Source: Candidatus Moranbacteria bacterium RIFOXYB1_FULL_43_19
GTDB taxonomy: Bacteria; Patescibacteriota; Minisyncoccia; Moranbacterales; UBA11712
NCBI GenBank assembly: GCA_001784875.1
Contig: MFSH01000008.1
Location: 1,555-65,554, forward strand
Direction of reading: 5' to 3'
DNA: 64,000 bases
In this document: piece by piece, positions 1 through 9,435 of the stretch
Layout: each line of letters opens with the position of its first letter
Numbering within the stretch: the stretch's first letter is position 1
Position numbers and translations under genes: made by a program
The notes under the pieces: model-generated
What the model was told of the DNA's origin: nothing
Databases searched by the model: none
What the model saw: the letters and a program-made list of their open reading frames with translations, nothing else

Positions 1-1339
1 AATATTTATACATTTTCGAATCATTTTCCAAAGCTAAGCTTTTTGGATTAAAGCTCGGCTTTTCCCTTCCAAGAGCTAAGCTCTTGGAATTTCTCAAAGC
101 CAAGCTTTCGCTTAGTTTTTTATCGACTAAAACCTCGACAACCCTACCGATGTATTTTTTATTATTTACGAGTGCGGTGCGCGCGAGGATATTTGTGAGT
201 ATTTTTTCGCGGCGAACCTTTTCTTTTTTCGAAATATTATTTTTCAGCTTCCAAGCGGCGGTCTCGGAGCGGGGGGAATATTGGGAAATGTAAGCCATAT
301 CGAATTTCATTTCACGAAATAATTTTACCGTGTTTTCAAATTGTTTTTTGGTTTCGCCGGGGAAGCCGACGATGATGTCGGTGGAAACGGCTGGCGCTGT
401 GTCCGAAAGCTCAACTTTCGGAAATTTCCGAAAGTTGAGCTTTCGGATTTGATAAGTTTGGCGGATTTTTTTGATGAGATTTTTATAATGGGCAACCGTA
501 TAACGCCGGTTCATTTTGCGCAAAATTTCATTGTCTCCCGATTGGGCGGGGAGAGAAATATACTCGCAAATATTTTTTGATTTGACAATTGTTTCAATCA
601 GCTCGTCGGACATATCTTTGGGATGGGAGGTGAGAAAAGATAACCAAAACTTTCCCCGTATAGCGTCTATTGACTCTAACAAATCGGCAAAGCTAATAGT
701 TTTCTTTTTTGTATCTGGTATTTTGTATCTGGTATTTTGTATCTTTGATCTATAGGAATTTACATTTTGTCCAAGTAAAATAATTTCTTTATATCCTTTT
801 TGAACTAAACCTTTGATTTCTTCTAAAATATCTTCCGCCGGCCGCGAATACTCCCGGCCGCGGGCGTAGGGGACGACGCAGTAGGAGCAGAAATTGTTGC
901 AGCCGGTCATGATGGGAACATAGGCGGTATAGTTGTTTGAATATTTCGGTGTTATTTGGAGATAATTATTGCATGGCAAGGTTTTTATATTTAGTATCTG
1001 GTATTTAGTATTTAGTATTTTTTCAATTTCTTTTGGAAAAACTTTAATAGTTACAAATAGATCAGCTTTTTCTTTAAGTCTTCTCTGGACGTCTTTGCGG
1101 TGGGCAAGGCAGCCGGTGAGAATGATAAATTTCTTCGGATATTTTTTTCGGATATTGTTAATTTGCCCGTAAACCCGGTCTTCAGCTGATTGGCGAACTC
1201 CGCAGGTGACAAATATGACAAAGTCCGCCTCTTCTAGCGAGGCGGATTTTTTCAGCTTATATTTTTTTAAGATGGTTTCAATCCTTTCGGCGTCGGAATA
1301 GTTCATTTGACAACCGAAGATTTTGATATAGTAGGTCAT
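1..1339 (-). CDS. MiaB-family radical-SAM methylthiotransferase (MiaB/RimO-like); C-terminus runs off the window start
   Basis: The reverse-strand ORF starts at the ATG at 1339-1337. Its translation reads MTYYIKIFGCQMNYSDAE, VTCGVRQSAE, PIMTGCNNFCSYCVVPYARGREYSRP (the CxxxCxxC radical-SAM site), ILLGQNVNSY, ISLPAQSGDNEILRKMNRRYT, IIVGFPGET and MAYISQYSPRSE. No stop occurs before position 1. It is missing from the ORF track because it is edge-truncated. Confidence 0.75.
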   Translation of the reverse strand, partial: MTYYIKIFGCQMNYSDAERIETILKKYKLKKSASLEEADFVIFVTCGVRQSAEDRVYGQINNIRKKYPKKFIILTGCLAHRKDVQRRLKEKADLFVTIKVFPKEIEKILNTKYQILNIKTLPCNNYLQITPKYSNNYTAYVPIMTGCNNFCSYCVVPYARGREYSRPAEDILEEIKGLVQKGYKEIILLGQNVNSYRSKIQNTRYKIPDTKKKTISFADLLESIDAIRGKFWLSFLTSHPKDMSDELIETIVKSKNICEYISLPAQSGDNEILRKMNRRYTVAHYKNLIKKIRQTYQIRKLNFRKFPKVELSDTAPAVSTDIIVGFPGETKKQFENTVKLFREMKFDMAYISQYSPRSETAAWKLKNNISKKEKVRREKILTNILARTALVNNKKYIGRVVEVLVDKKLSESLALRNSKSLALGREKPSFNPKSLALENDSKMYKY

Positions 1340-1413
1340 CGGTAACAATGGTTATTAGCGGCTGGAAGAGTCGTTAGTTCCTGGTTATCAGAAAAACCAA
1401 TAGGCAATAAAAC

Positions 1414-3159
1414 CTATGGCTTATCTGCGATTTCTTTGTTTATCTTGGCTAAAAATTTATCGAGCTTCATTGCGCCAAGGTCTCCTTTTTCGCGGTCGCG
1501 GACGGCAACGGTTTTGGATTTCACTTCTTTCTCTCCAACAATCAGCATATAATTGATTTTTTCATTTTGGGCGGTGCGAATCCTTTTTCCAAGAGATTCA
1601 GAGGACTCACGAATTAGGGAACGAATATTATGCGAATGTAAGAATGAATTTATGTCCTCGCCGTATTTTGCAAATTTATCAGAAACCGGGATAACTTCAA
1701 CTTGAACAGGAGAAAGCCAGAGCGGAAAAGAACCCGCGTAATTTTCTGTTAAAATTCCGATAAAGCGCTCAAATGAGCCAAAAACAGCGGCGTGAATCAT
1801 GACCGGGACAGCTGGTTTGCCTTTTTTGTCTATATATTCCAAACCAAATCTCTGCGGCATTTGGAAGTCAAGCTGGATAGTTGCCAGCTGCCAGCTTCGC
1901 CCCAGTGCGTCTTTGATTTCAATGTCGATTTTCGGGCCATAAAAAGCCCCGTCTTTTTCTTTGATTTCGTATTTAACTTTTTCTTTTTTAAGAGCGTTTG
2001 CGAGATTTTTTTCCGCCTTGTCCCATTCCGATTTTTTGCCCATAAAATCATCCGGGCGCGTAGAGAGATAAAAGTTAGGCTCAATTCCAAAAGCGGGATA
2101 ATATTCTTTCACCATTTTGATGAGGCTTGAAATTTCTTTTTCGACTTGGTTTGGAAGACAGAAGATATGGGAATCGTCCTGGGTGAGATAACGCACACGG
2201 AGAAGGCCGTTGAGCTCTCCCGATTTTTCATTTCGCATAATGCGTCCGATTTCAGAAAAGCGGATGGGAAGATCACGGTAAGACCTGGTTGTTTCTTTGT
2301 AGATTAAGATATTGAAAGGGCAGTCCATGGGTTTCAGGCAGTAGGTTTCATTTTCTGATTTAATGGAGAACATACTATCCTTGTAGTGGTCCCAATGGCC
2401 GGATTGTTTCCAGAGGATATTTTTGGCGATAAGCGGTGTCTGGATTTCCTGAAATCCATATTTTCTGCGCAGTTCCTTTCCATATTTTTCCATTTCGTTC
2501 CAAATCGCCATTCCTTTGGGGTGCCAAAAAGCGGAACCGGGAGATTCGGCGTGGAAAGAAAAGAGACCAAGGTCGCGCCCAATTTTTTTGTGGTCGCGCT
2601 TTTCCGCTTCGGCAAGCGCAGCAAGATAGTTTTTGAGTTCTTTTTCCGTTGCGAACGCCACGCCATAAATTCTCTGGAGCATTTTATTTTTTTCATCACC
2701 TTTCCAATAGGCGCCGGAAATTCTGGTGAGCTTGAAAGCTTTTGAATTTATTTCACCGGTGGAATCGAGGTGCGGACCCGAGCACAGATCGACAAAATCG
2801 CGTAACGCGTAACATGTAACCCGCAACATTTTTTTGCTTTTTACTTCTTTTTGTAAGTCTTTAATCAATTCAATTTTGTATAACTGCTTGCTTTTTTTGA
2901 ATCTTTCCGTTGCTTCTTTGGCCGGGATGGTGACCTTTTCGAAACTATGGTTTGCTTTGATTATTTTTCTCATCTTGTTCTCAAGTATCTCTAGATCCTC
3001 GGGAATCAATGTCCGGGGCAAATCAAAGTCATAATAAAAACCATTTTCGACTGCCGGTCCAATACCAAAGCGTGCATCAGGAAACATTTCATAAACCGCT
3101 GCAGCCAGGACATGAGCAAGAGAGTGGCGGGCAATTTCTATTTTTTTGATTTTTTCCAT
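1414..3159 (-). CDS. thrS: threonyl-tRNA synthetase; starts at the HSxAH editing-domain motif with no N-terminal TGS domain
   Basis: The product carries HSLAHVLAAAV, FVDLCSGPHL, class II aaRS motifs and a C-terminal anticodon-binding domain. Confidence 0.9.
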   Translation of the reverse strand: MEKIKKIEIARHSLAHVLAAAVYEMFPDARFGIGPAVENGFYYDFDLPRTLIPEDLEILENKMRKIIKANHSFEKVTIPAKEATERFKKSKQLYKIELIKDLQKEVKSKKMLRVTCYALRDFVDLCSGPHLDSTGEINSKAFKLTRISGAYWKGDEKNKMLQRIYGVAFATEKELKNYLAALAEAEKRDHKKIGRDLGLFSFHAESPGSAFWHPKGMAIWNEMEKYGKELRRKYGFQEIQTPLIAKNILWKQSGHWDHYKDSMFSIKSENETYCLKPMDCPFNILIYKETTRSYRDLPIRFSEIGRIMRNEKSGELNGLLRVRYLTQDDSHIFCLPNQVEKEISSLIKMVKEYYPAFGIEPNFYLSTRPDDFMGKKSEWDKAEKNLANALKKEKVKYEIKEKDGAFYGPKIDIEIKDALGRSWQLATIQLDFQMPQRFGLEYIDKKGKPAVPVMIHAAVFGSFERFIGILTENYAGSFPLWLSPVQVEVIPVSDKFAKYGEDINSFLHSHNIRSLIRESSESLGKRIRTAQNEKINYMLIVGEKEVKSKTVAVRDREKGDLGAMKLDKFLAKINKEIADKP

Positions 3160-3223
3160 ATTTTTAATAAATAGTTACGATTTTATAGTAATATCAAATC
3201 GGCTTACTTGCAAGGTTTCGTGA

Positions 3224-4081
3224 GTGAGATACAATAAGAATATGACTTCTTTACAGCGCTCGATAAAAAGAGCAATTATAATACTGGTTTATATAATAAT
3301 TTTCTCCGGAATCGGAACGGGCGCTTTTTTTCTTTTTCGCACGGAGCCGACTTGCGATGACGGCAAACTTAACCAGGGCGAAGAAAAAGCTGATTGCGGT
3401 GGCCCCTGCCAAAAATGCGAGGAAATTCCTAAAATAGAAAATGCCGAAATTTTGGAAAAAAGACTGGTCCCGTCAGGCGCAAACAGATATGATGCCTTGG
3501 TAAAAATCAAAAATCCAAATTCACTTTTTGGAATTGAAGATCTTGGGTATACTTTCAATTTCTTGGATGCCAGCGGAAAAGTTATTGGCCAAAAAGAGGG
3601 AGCGATCTTTCTTCTTCCGGTTGAAACGAAATACATTTTTGTTTTCAACATGGATCTTGCGGAAAAGCCGGATTCTGTCGACTTTCGTATAAAGTCGTAT
3701 AGGTGGCAAAAATTTTCGGATTATGAAGAGCCGAATATTGCTTCCTACCAGAAAGAATTCAGCTTCATCAGTGGCGGACCCGGGTTTGCTCAGTTGAAGC
3801 TGAAAATTCAAAACAAAAGCGGATATGACTTCAAAAAAATATCAACCAAAGCGGTTCTGCGAGACCGCCAGGGGAACCCGGTCGCTATAAACGAAACATA
3901 CAATAACGACGTACGTATAAATGAAGAAAGAGAGGTTATTTTCCAGTGGAGCGAGCCGTTTTCTCAGGATATTGATGTGCAAAATATCGAAGTTGATGAG
4001 GAGGCGAATGTTTTCAGCGACGATAATTTCATGAAGAAATATGGAACACCCGACCAATATGAAAGTTATGAATCGAATTAA
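3224..4081 (+). CDS. hypothetical membrane-anchored protein
   Basis: An N-terminal transmembrane segment (IIILVYIIIFSGIGTGAFFLF) is followed by a Cys-rich stretch and a soluble domain. No family was recognised. Confidence 0.4.
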   Translation: MRYNKNMTSLQRSIKRAIIILVYIIIFSGIGTGAFFLFRTEPTCDDGKLNQGEEKADCGGPCQKCEEIPKIENAEILEKRLVPSGANRYDALVKIKNPNSLFGIEDLGYTFNFLDASGKVIGQKEGAIFLLPVETKYIFVFNMDLAEKPDSVDFRIKSYRWQKFSDYEEPNIASYQKEFSFISGGPGFAQLKLKIQNKSGYDFKKISTKAVLRDRQGNPVAINETYNNDVRINEEREVIFQWSEPFSQDIDVQNIEVDEEANVFSDDNFMKKYGTPDQYESYESN

Positions 4082-4089
4082 AGTTTCAA

Positions 4090-5184
4090 ATGATTAGATC
4101 TTTATACAAATTTGATTGGGTTTTATTCTCAGCGCTTGTTCTCCTTCTGTTTCTTAGCCTGGCTGTGCTTTTTCCGATCAGCTATTCAGGAGAAAAAGAA
4201 ATTCCAGATGAAAGCCATTTTTTGAGACAGACAATTTTTGCGGTCATTGGGCTGACCGTTTTTTTTGTTTTTGCTTTTTTTGATTATCGGAGTCTTAAGA
4301 ATTATTCGACGGTTTTGTACGCTTTAGGTTTTTTGTTGCTGCTGCTCGTTCTTATATTCGGGAAGGTGGTTCGAGGGACGACCGGTTGGCTCGGGATCAG
4401 TGGGGTCCATCTTCAGCCGGTCGAACCATTCAAAATTGTTGCTGCGATACTGCTTGCAAAATATTTTTCACTTCATTCAAGGAGCATCGGAGACTACAAG
4501 CATATTCTTGTTTCTCTTGTTCCGGTGGCTGCATCAATTTTTTTGGTAATCAAGCAGCCTGATTTCGGATCGGCTTTTGTTATTTTTTTTCTCTGGATCT
4601 CGGTTCTCGTTATGAGTGGAATAAATAAAAAACATCTCTTTGTCCTCTTTTTGGTCATTTTGATCTTTGCTCTTTTAGGATGGAATTTTTTTCTCAAAGG
4701 ATATCAAAAAGAAAGAATAACAACACTTTTTAATCCCACTTCTGATCCGCTAGGCGCCGGATATAATGTTATCCAGTCCACAGTCGCGGTTGGGTCGGGA
4801 GGATTTTTGGGAAAAGGCCTTGGCCATGGTTCTCAAAGCCAACTCAATTTTTTGCCCGAAAAGCATACGGATTTCATATTCGCGGTTGTGGCTGAAGAAC
4901 TTGGCTTTGGCGGAGCGGCTTTTGTGATTGTCCTGCTTGCTGTTGTTATTTCGAGACTCATAAAAATTGCGCTGAGCAGCCGGGATAATTTTGGAAAACT
5001 TCTTGTCGGCGGAACAGCCAGTGTGATTTTTGTTCACTCGTTTATCAACATCGGAATGAATATCGGAGTTATGCCGGTGACAGGCATACCCCTTCCTTTT
5101 TTGAGTTATGGTGGAAGTTCTCTCATTACCCTGATGGCCGCTGCTGGTATGGCGGAAAGCGTCTGCCGGATAAATCGAAACTGA
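4090..5184 (+). CDS. SEDS-family peptidoglycan glycosyltransferase (FtsW/RodA)
   Basis: A polytopic membrane protein with the conserved PEKHTDFIFAVVAEELGFGGA block. Confidence 0.85.
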   Translation: MIRSLYKFDWVLFSALVLLLFLSLAVLFPISYSGEKEIPDESHFLRQTIFAVIGLTVFFVFAFFDYRSLKNYSTVLYALGFLLLLLVLIFGKVVRGTTGWLGISGVHLQPVEPFKIVAAILLAKYFSLHSRSIGDYKHILVSLVPVAASIFLVIKQPDFGSAFVIFFLWISVLVMSGINKKHLFVLFLVILIFALLGWNFFLKGYQKERITTLFNPTSDPLGAGYNVIQSTVAVGSGGFLGKGLGHGSQSQLNFLPEKHTDFIFAVVAEELGFGGAAFVIVLLAVVISRLIKIALSSRDNFGKLLVGGTASVIFVHSFINIGMNIGVMPVTGIPLPFLSYGGSSLITLMAAAGMAESVCRINRN

Positions 5185-5382
5185 ACATGGGGCTGGGCTT
5201 GCCCGGTAGTGAAAATTTAGCTGATAACAAATAGAGATAATTGGTAAGGAGCTTATTTACCCAGCTATCCAGCTCGAAATTTATCCCAGATTTTTTTAGG
5301 CCGAATTTCTACTACCGGGCTTGCCAAAGAATCATAATAATGTTATCTTCTTATAGTGGTTTTTTATTTTTGAAAAAAGGAA

Positions 5383-6090
5383 ATGACGTCGAGTTTGACA
5401 CTAAAAGCCGAGACAAGAAAGAAAGAAGGGAAAAAGAAGGACGCGCCGATAGGCGCCATTCCGGCTATTTTATATGGGCGAGGAATTGAAAACGTGATGC
5501 TTTGGGTGAATCGAAGGGAATTCAATCGCATTCGTGAGCAGGCAGGAGAGAGCACTGTTTTCAAAGTGAAACTTGAAAACGGCGAAGAAAGAAATGTCCT
5601 CATAAAAGAAATCCAAAGGGATATTTTGAATGGGAAGCCAACCCACATAGATTTTTATCAGGTTCGGATGGATGAGGAAATAGAAGCAAAAGTGGAACTG
5701 GAGTTTGTTGGAGAATCTCCGGCCGTGAAAGAGCTCGGTGGAATTTTGATAAAAAACATGGATGAGATTGAGGTAAAGTGTCTGCCGGGAGATCTACCGC
5801 CTAAGATAGAAGTTGACATCAGCCGAATAAAAAATTTCGAAGACTATATATATGTCAAAGACTTGCCTGTTTCAGACAAGGTTGAGCTTTTGGCTGATTC
5901 GGAAAATGTTGTGGCGATGGTGACAGAGCCTCGCTCCGAAGAAGAGCTGGCAGAACTCGAAACCGAAGTGAAAGAAGACGTGACGAAGGTCGAAGGAGTC
6001 GTGAAGGAGGAGAAGTCCTCCTCCGATGAATCTTCGGAGGATAAGTCGGCGGGCAAAATCGGAGAAAATAATGAAGAAAAGAAAAAATAA
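5383..6090 (+). CDS. rplY: ribosomal protein bL25 / general stress protein Ctc, with an acidic C-terminal tail
   Basis: The N-terminal LKAETRKKEGKK...IPAILYG motif and the L25 beta-barrel are recognisable. A long Glu/Ser-rich C-terminus follows. Confidence 0.8.
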   Translation: MTSSLTLKAETRKKEGKKKDAPIGAIPAILYGRGIENVMLWVNRREFNRIREQAGESTVFKVKLENGEERNVLIKEIQRDILNGKPTHIDFYQVRMDEEIEAKVELEFVGESPAVKELGGILIKNMDEIEVKCLPGDLPPKIEVDISRIKNFEDYIYVKDLPVSDKVELLADSENVVAMVTEPRSEEELAELETEVKEDVTKVEGVVKEEKSSSDESSEDKSAGKIGENNEEKKK

Positions 6091-6106
6091 TTTCTGAAAT
6101 ATGCAT

Positions 6107-6136
6107 CCGCCCCGAGTCCATCGGGGCGGTTTTTTT
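6107..6136 (+). terminator. intrinsic terminator after rplY
   Basis: The hairpin CCGCCCCGA-gtcca-TCGGGGCGG is followed by TTTTTTT. Confidence 0.6.
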
Positions 6137-6315
6137 AGAGCCCCGCACCATGCCTTTTGCGTTTTGCTTCACATGCTTTTAAAATTATATCCTGCTGGAA
6201 GCGAAAATCGCCGTGGCGTATTCTGCGGTACGGGGTAAATTATGATATAATCTAGGAAAACAAGGAAGCGCGTTCGCAAGAATGCTTCATCCAAAATGAT
6301 TTGCCAAGAACCAAA

Positions 6316-7623
6316 ATGAAAAAAATATTTTCTAAAGTAAAATTATTTCCCATATATTCAGCAAATATCGGAGTAGTATTTTTAGCTGTTCTTCTTTTTG
6401 GGAAAATGGGAACAGGGGCGGCGGTGCCGTCCCAGAAGGAAATTATCAAAACCAGAATCGATGACCTCCGCAAGCAAATAGAAATATATCAAAAAAATAT
6501 TGAGGAAAAAAACCACAAGGAAGAGTCGCTTTCAAATGATATTGAAATCCTTGAAGCCGACATAAAAAAGATTGAGCTTCAAATTCAGGAAACAAATCTT
6601 CAAATTGACGCCCTTGAGGGAGAAATAACTCAGAAAGAAATTGAAATTGAAAAAATGCAAAAGCAGCTTGAGGCAAAGAAAGAGATGCTGGCGAAATTTT
6701 TGCAGGAGCTTTATGAAAAGGGCGGGGGAGAAACATCTGAGATTGTATTCAGTGGGCAAAGCTTTTCGGATTATTTCTCCAAAATCGAGAGCCTTGAAAG
6801 TTTTGAAGACCAGATCAAAGAGACACACGACCAATTGGAAGCTTCGCGGAATGTGCTCAAAGGCGAGAAAGAAAATTTGGTGGACAAAAAAATAGACAAG
6901 GAAAATTTGAGAGGTATGCAGAATGACCAGGAAAGATCACTAGAGCGCGAAAAACAAATGGAGACACTATTGATTTCCCAAGTCAGAAATGAAAGGCAGG
7001 CTCTGGAAAAAAATGTAGGCAGGCTCCAAGCGGAACTAAGCGAGCTCCAGTCGCTTGGCGAGCCAATCAATTTGGAAGAAGCGGTAAAGGCGGCGAAATA
7101 CGCTGCGGATCTCACGGACGTGGCGCCTGAATTTTTGCTAGGGGTGCTTCGGGTTGAATCGGGACTGGGAACGAACGTCGGCGGCGGAAAATACAAATCG
7201 GACATGAATCCGTCTCAGTGGGATACTTTTAAAAAAATTTGCAAAGAGCTTGGGCTCGATCCGGACAAAACTCCCGTTTCCCGCCGGGCTTGCTACAACA
7301 GTGAGGCGAGTGACGGATGCGGTGGATGGGGAGGGGCGATGGGTCCAGCTCAATTTATGCCTTCGACCTGGATGGGATATAAGAGCCAAATCGAAAAAAC
7401 CACGGGCCGCTCTCCGGCCAACCCATGGGACGTCGAAGATTCTCTTGTGGCCATGGGTTTGAAACTCGGGTCAGTTGAAGGAGTGAAAGCGGGGGATAGG
7501 AAAGCTTGGGCAAAAGCGGCGGGAATGTATCTCGCGGGTTCTAACTGGGAAAAGTATTCCTGGTATTCAGACAGGGTTCTTTATTACGCGGACGGGTTCA
7601 AAAAAATAATGAAAAAATATTGA
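6316..7623 (+). CDS. coiled-coil protein with a C-terminal lytic-transglycosylase (SLT)-like domain
   Basis: A signal/TM segment is followed by about 250 aa of heptad-rich coiled coil. It ends in an SLT-like domain (LRVESGLGTN...GPAQFMPSTW). The ATG at 6316 is preferred over the TTG at 6301. Confidence 0.6.
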   Translation: MKKIFSKVKLFPIYSANIGVVFLAVLLFGKMGTGAAVPSQKEIIKTRIDDLRKQIEIYQKNIEEKNHKEESLSNDIEILEADIKKIELQIQETNLQIDALEGEITQKEIEIEKMQKQLEAKKEMLAKFLQELYEKGGGETSEIVFSGQSFSDYFSKIESLESFEDQIKETHDQLEASRNVLKGEKENLVDKKIDKENLRGMQNDQERSLEREKQMETLLISQVRNERQALEKNVGRLQAELSELQSLGEPINLEEAVKAAKYAADLTDVAPEFLLGVLRVESGLGTNVGGGKYKSDMNPSQWDTFKKICKELGLDPDKTPVSRRACYNSEASDGCGGWGGAMGPAQFMPSTWMGYKSQIEKTTGRSPANPWDVEDSLVAMGLKLGSVEGVKAGDRKAWAKAAGMYLAGSNWEKYSWYSDRVLYYADGFKKIMKKY

Positions 7624-7680
7624 TTGGAAAATGGGGACTATTTTTGTCAAGTTTTTTGTCAGAAATTTACGCAGGTTCGA

Positions 7681-7709
7681 TTGACGAATTGCAAAAATAG
7701 TTATATAAT
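7681..7709 (+). promoter_or_regulatory. sigma70-like promoter (TTGACG, 17 nt spacer, TATAAT)
   Basis: The -35 hexamer TTGACG lies at 7681-7686 and the -10 hexamer TATAAT at 7704-7709, with a 17 nt spacer. Confidence 0.3.
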
Positions 7710-7715
7710 AATAGC

Positions 7716-7820
7716 GTAGAATCCAATAACGGGGGATTTGCGCCCCGGCGAAAAAGCGCCGCTTCGCGGCAATTTCACGGGGCGAGAAGGGTGATTTACA
7801 TGGGTGTAAATCGCTTTTTT
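7716..7820 (+). ncRNA. candidate structured leader or small RNA ending in an intrinsic terminator, upstream of the CAP-domain gene
   Basis: GC-rich hairpins (CGGGGGATTTGCGCCCCG, GCGCCGCTTCGCGGC) are followed by the terminator GATTTACA-tggg-TGTAAATC plus TTTTTT at 7793-7820. The longest ORF in the element is 9 aa. Confidence 0.3.
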
Positions 7821-7854
7821 GATTACTAAAAAATAATAATAATTCATATAACTT

Positions 7855-9264
7855 TTGGAGTGGGGTGAGCTCAAACGCTTGATGGCAGAATTCCTTTATC
7901 GGGTGAAACGGGTGAGTCATGTGAATAGGGTGAGCTCAAAAAGAATACTGGCGGAAGATTCGGCCAATTTTGATGTTGGAAAAATTTCTCTTCCTCGGCT
8001 TTCTGACGGGCTGTTTCTTTTTGGCACGGTAGCCCTCTCGGCTGCTTTCTTCCTGTTTGTCATATTGATAAATACGGCTTGGGCATCTTCCATCACAAAA
8101 AATAAAGTTATTGAACTGGCGAACGCGGACAGAAGGGAAAAGGGAGTTGAGGAACTCAAAGAAAACGAGAAGCTTTCGCAAGCTGCCGCAAGCAAAGCCG
8201 AGGACATGATAGTCAACAATTATTTTTCCCATACTTCTCCTGAAGGATTGACACCCTGGCGCTGGATTGAAAAAACCGGTTATGAATACAGTTATGCCGG
8301 GGAAAATTTGGCAATGGATTTTACCTCGGCCGAAAAAATGAACGAGGCTTGGTTGGCGAGCCCAACCCATCGCGCCAACATTTTGAATGAAAAATACAAA
8401 GAAATTGGCGTAGCGGCAAAAGACGGATTTATAAACGGGCATGCGACAACCATTATTGTCCAGATGTTTGGCTCCGGGGACAAAAGCGCTCCCAAGGAAG
8501 AGGAGGCAGGCGAGCCATCAGAAAAAGAGACAGTCGCCGATCAGGGAAACCTTGTTCCTTTCTTGCCGGCCAGCGGCGAGAGAGCAGACAAATTATCACT
8601 TGCCAGTCCCTTGATTACTTCCCCGCGAAATGCCGAGACACTAAATAACAAAAATATAAATATTGTCGGACGGGCCAATCCTCACAGCGCGGTGACAGTT
8701 TTTGACAATGGGACGGCTGTAGGGGACATTATTTCCGATGCCCAAGGCTGGTTCAGGCTGGAGATCAAAGATGCCTCCGAAGGCAGCCACGATTTGATGG
8801 CTACGGCGGAAAGTGTTGCTGCAGGAAGAAAAGAAATCCGGATATCCGATAAAATATCGTTTCGGGTTGACCGCGAAAAGCCTTCGCTAAACTACCATTT
8901 GTATGCCGACAGCCAGGATGGCAAATATATCGTCCGTGTATTTTCAAATAAAAAGAATTGCTATTTCGAACTGGGAGGGAAAAAGTCGCCAAAGAGCTCC
9001 ACAGGCGTGGCAACTTTTTCCGTTGAGACCCGCCAGTCGTCAATTGTGGCCATAGTATCGGATCAGGCTGGAAACAAAACAAAAAAACAAATTGTCCTCG
9101 CGAATTATTTTGCCGGAAGCAAAAAAGGCATTTTTGACAATCTGGCACTTTCTTTCTCACCCCGAACCGCCCTTTCGGATGATTCAGGAAGAAAGATGCT
9201 TGCGCAAAATTTGGGCCTTGTCTCTCACCACTTTCCACAATTAGCAGATGATAATCAAAAATAA
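7855..9264 (+). CDS. secreted or membrane-anchored CAP/SCP-domain protein (YkwD-like) with C-terminal Ig-like region
   Basis: A TM anchor is followed by the CAP domain (NYFSHTSPEG...AGENLAMDF...WLASPTHRANIL). The start is uncertain because the 5' end carries GGGTGAGCTCAAA repeats. Confidence 0.6.
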   Translation: MEWGELKRLMAEFLYRVKRVSHVNRVSSKRILAEDSANFDVGKISLPRLSDGLFLFGTVALSAAFFLFVILINTAWASSITKNKVIELANADRREKGVEELKENEKLSQAAASKAEDMIVNNYFSHTSPEGLTPWRWIEKTGYEYSYAGENLAMDFTSAEKMNEAWLASPTHRANILNEKYKEIGVAAKDGFINGHATTIIVQMFGSGDKSAPKEEEAGEPSEKETVADQGNLVPFLPASGERADKLSLASPLITSPRNAETLNNKNINIVGRANPHSAVTVFDNGTAVGDIISDAQGWFRLEIKDASEGSHDLMATAESVAAGRKEIRISDKISFRVDREKPSLNYHLYADSQDGKYIVRVFSNKKNCYFELGGKKSPKSSTGVATFSVETRQSSIVAIVSDQAGNKTKKQIVLANYFAGSKKGIFDNLALSFSPRTALSDDSGRKMLAQNLGLVSHHFPQLADDNQK

Positions 9265-9435
9265 TGTAAGAATCATTTTCACGAATTTTTCCGAACTATC
9301 GAAAAAAGTGGTGAGGGACAAAGGAGGAAATAAATAATAATTAAAATATAATGATGTGACATAGAAAAAACAAAAAGAAAGTTCCTTAAAATAAAAATAA
9401 AAAAGCGTATATCAATTATGATATAAGTAGAGGTG

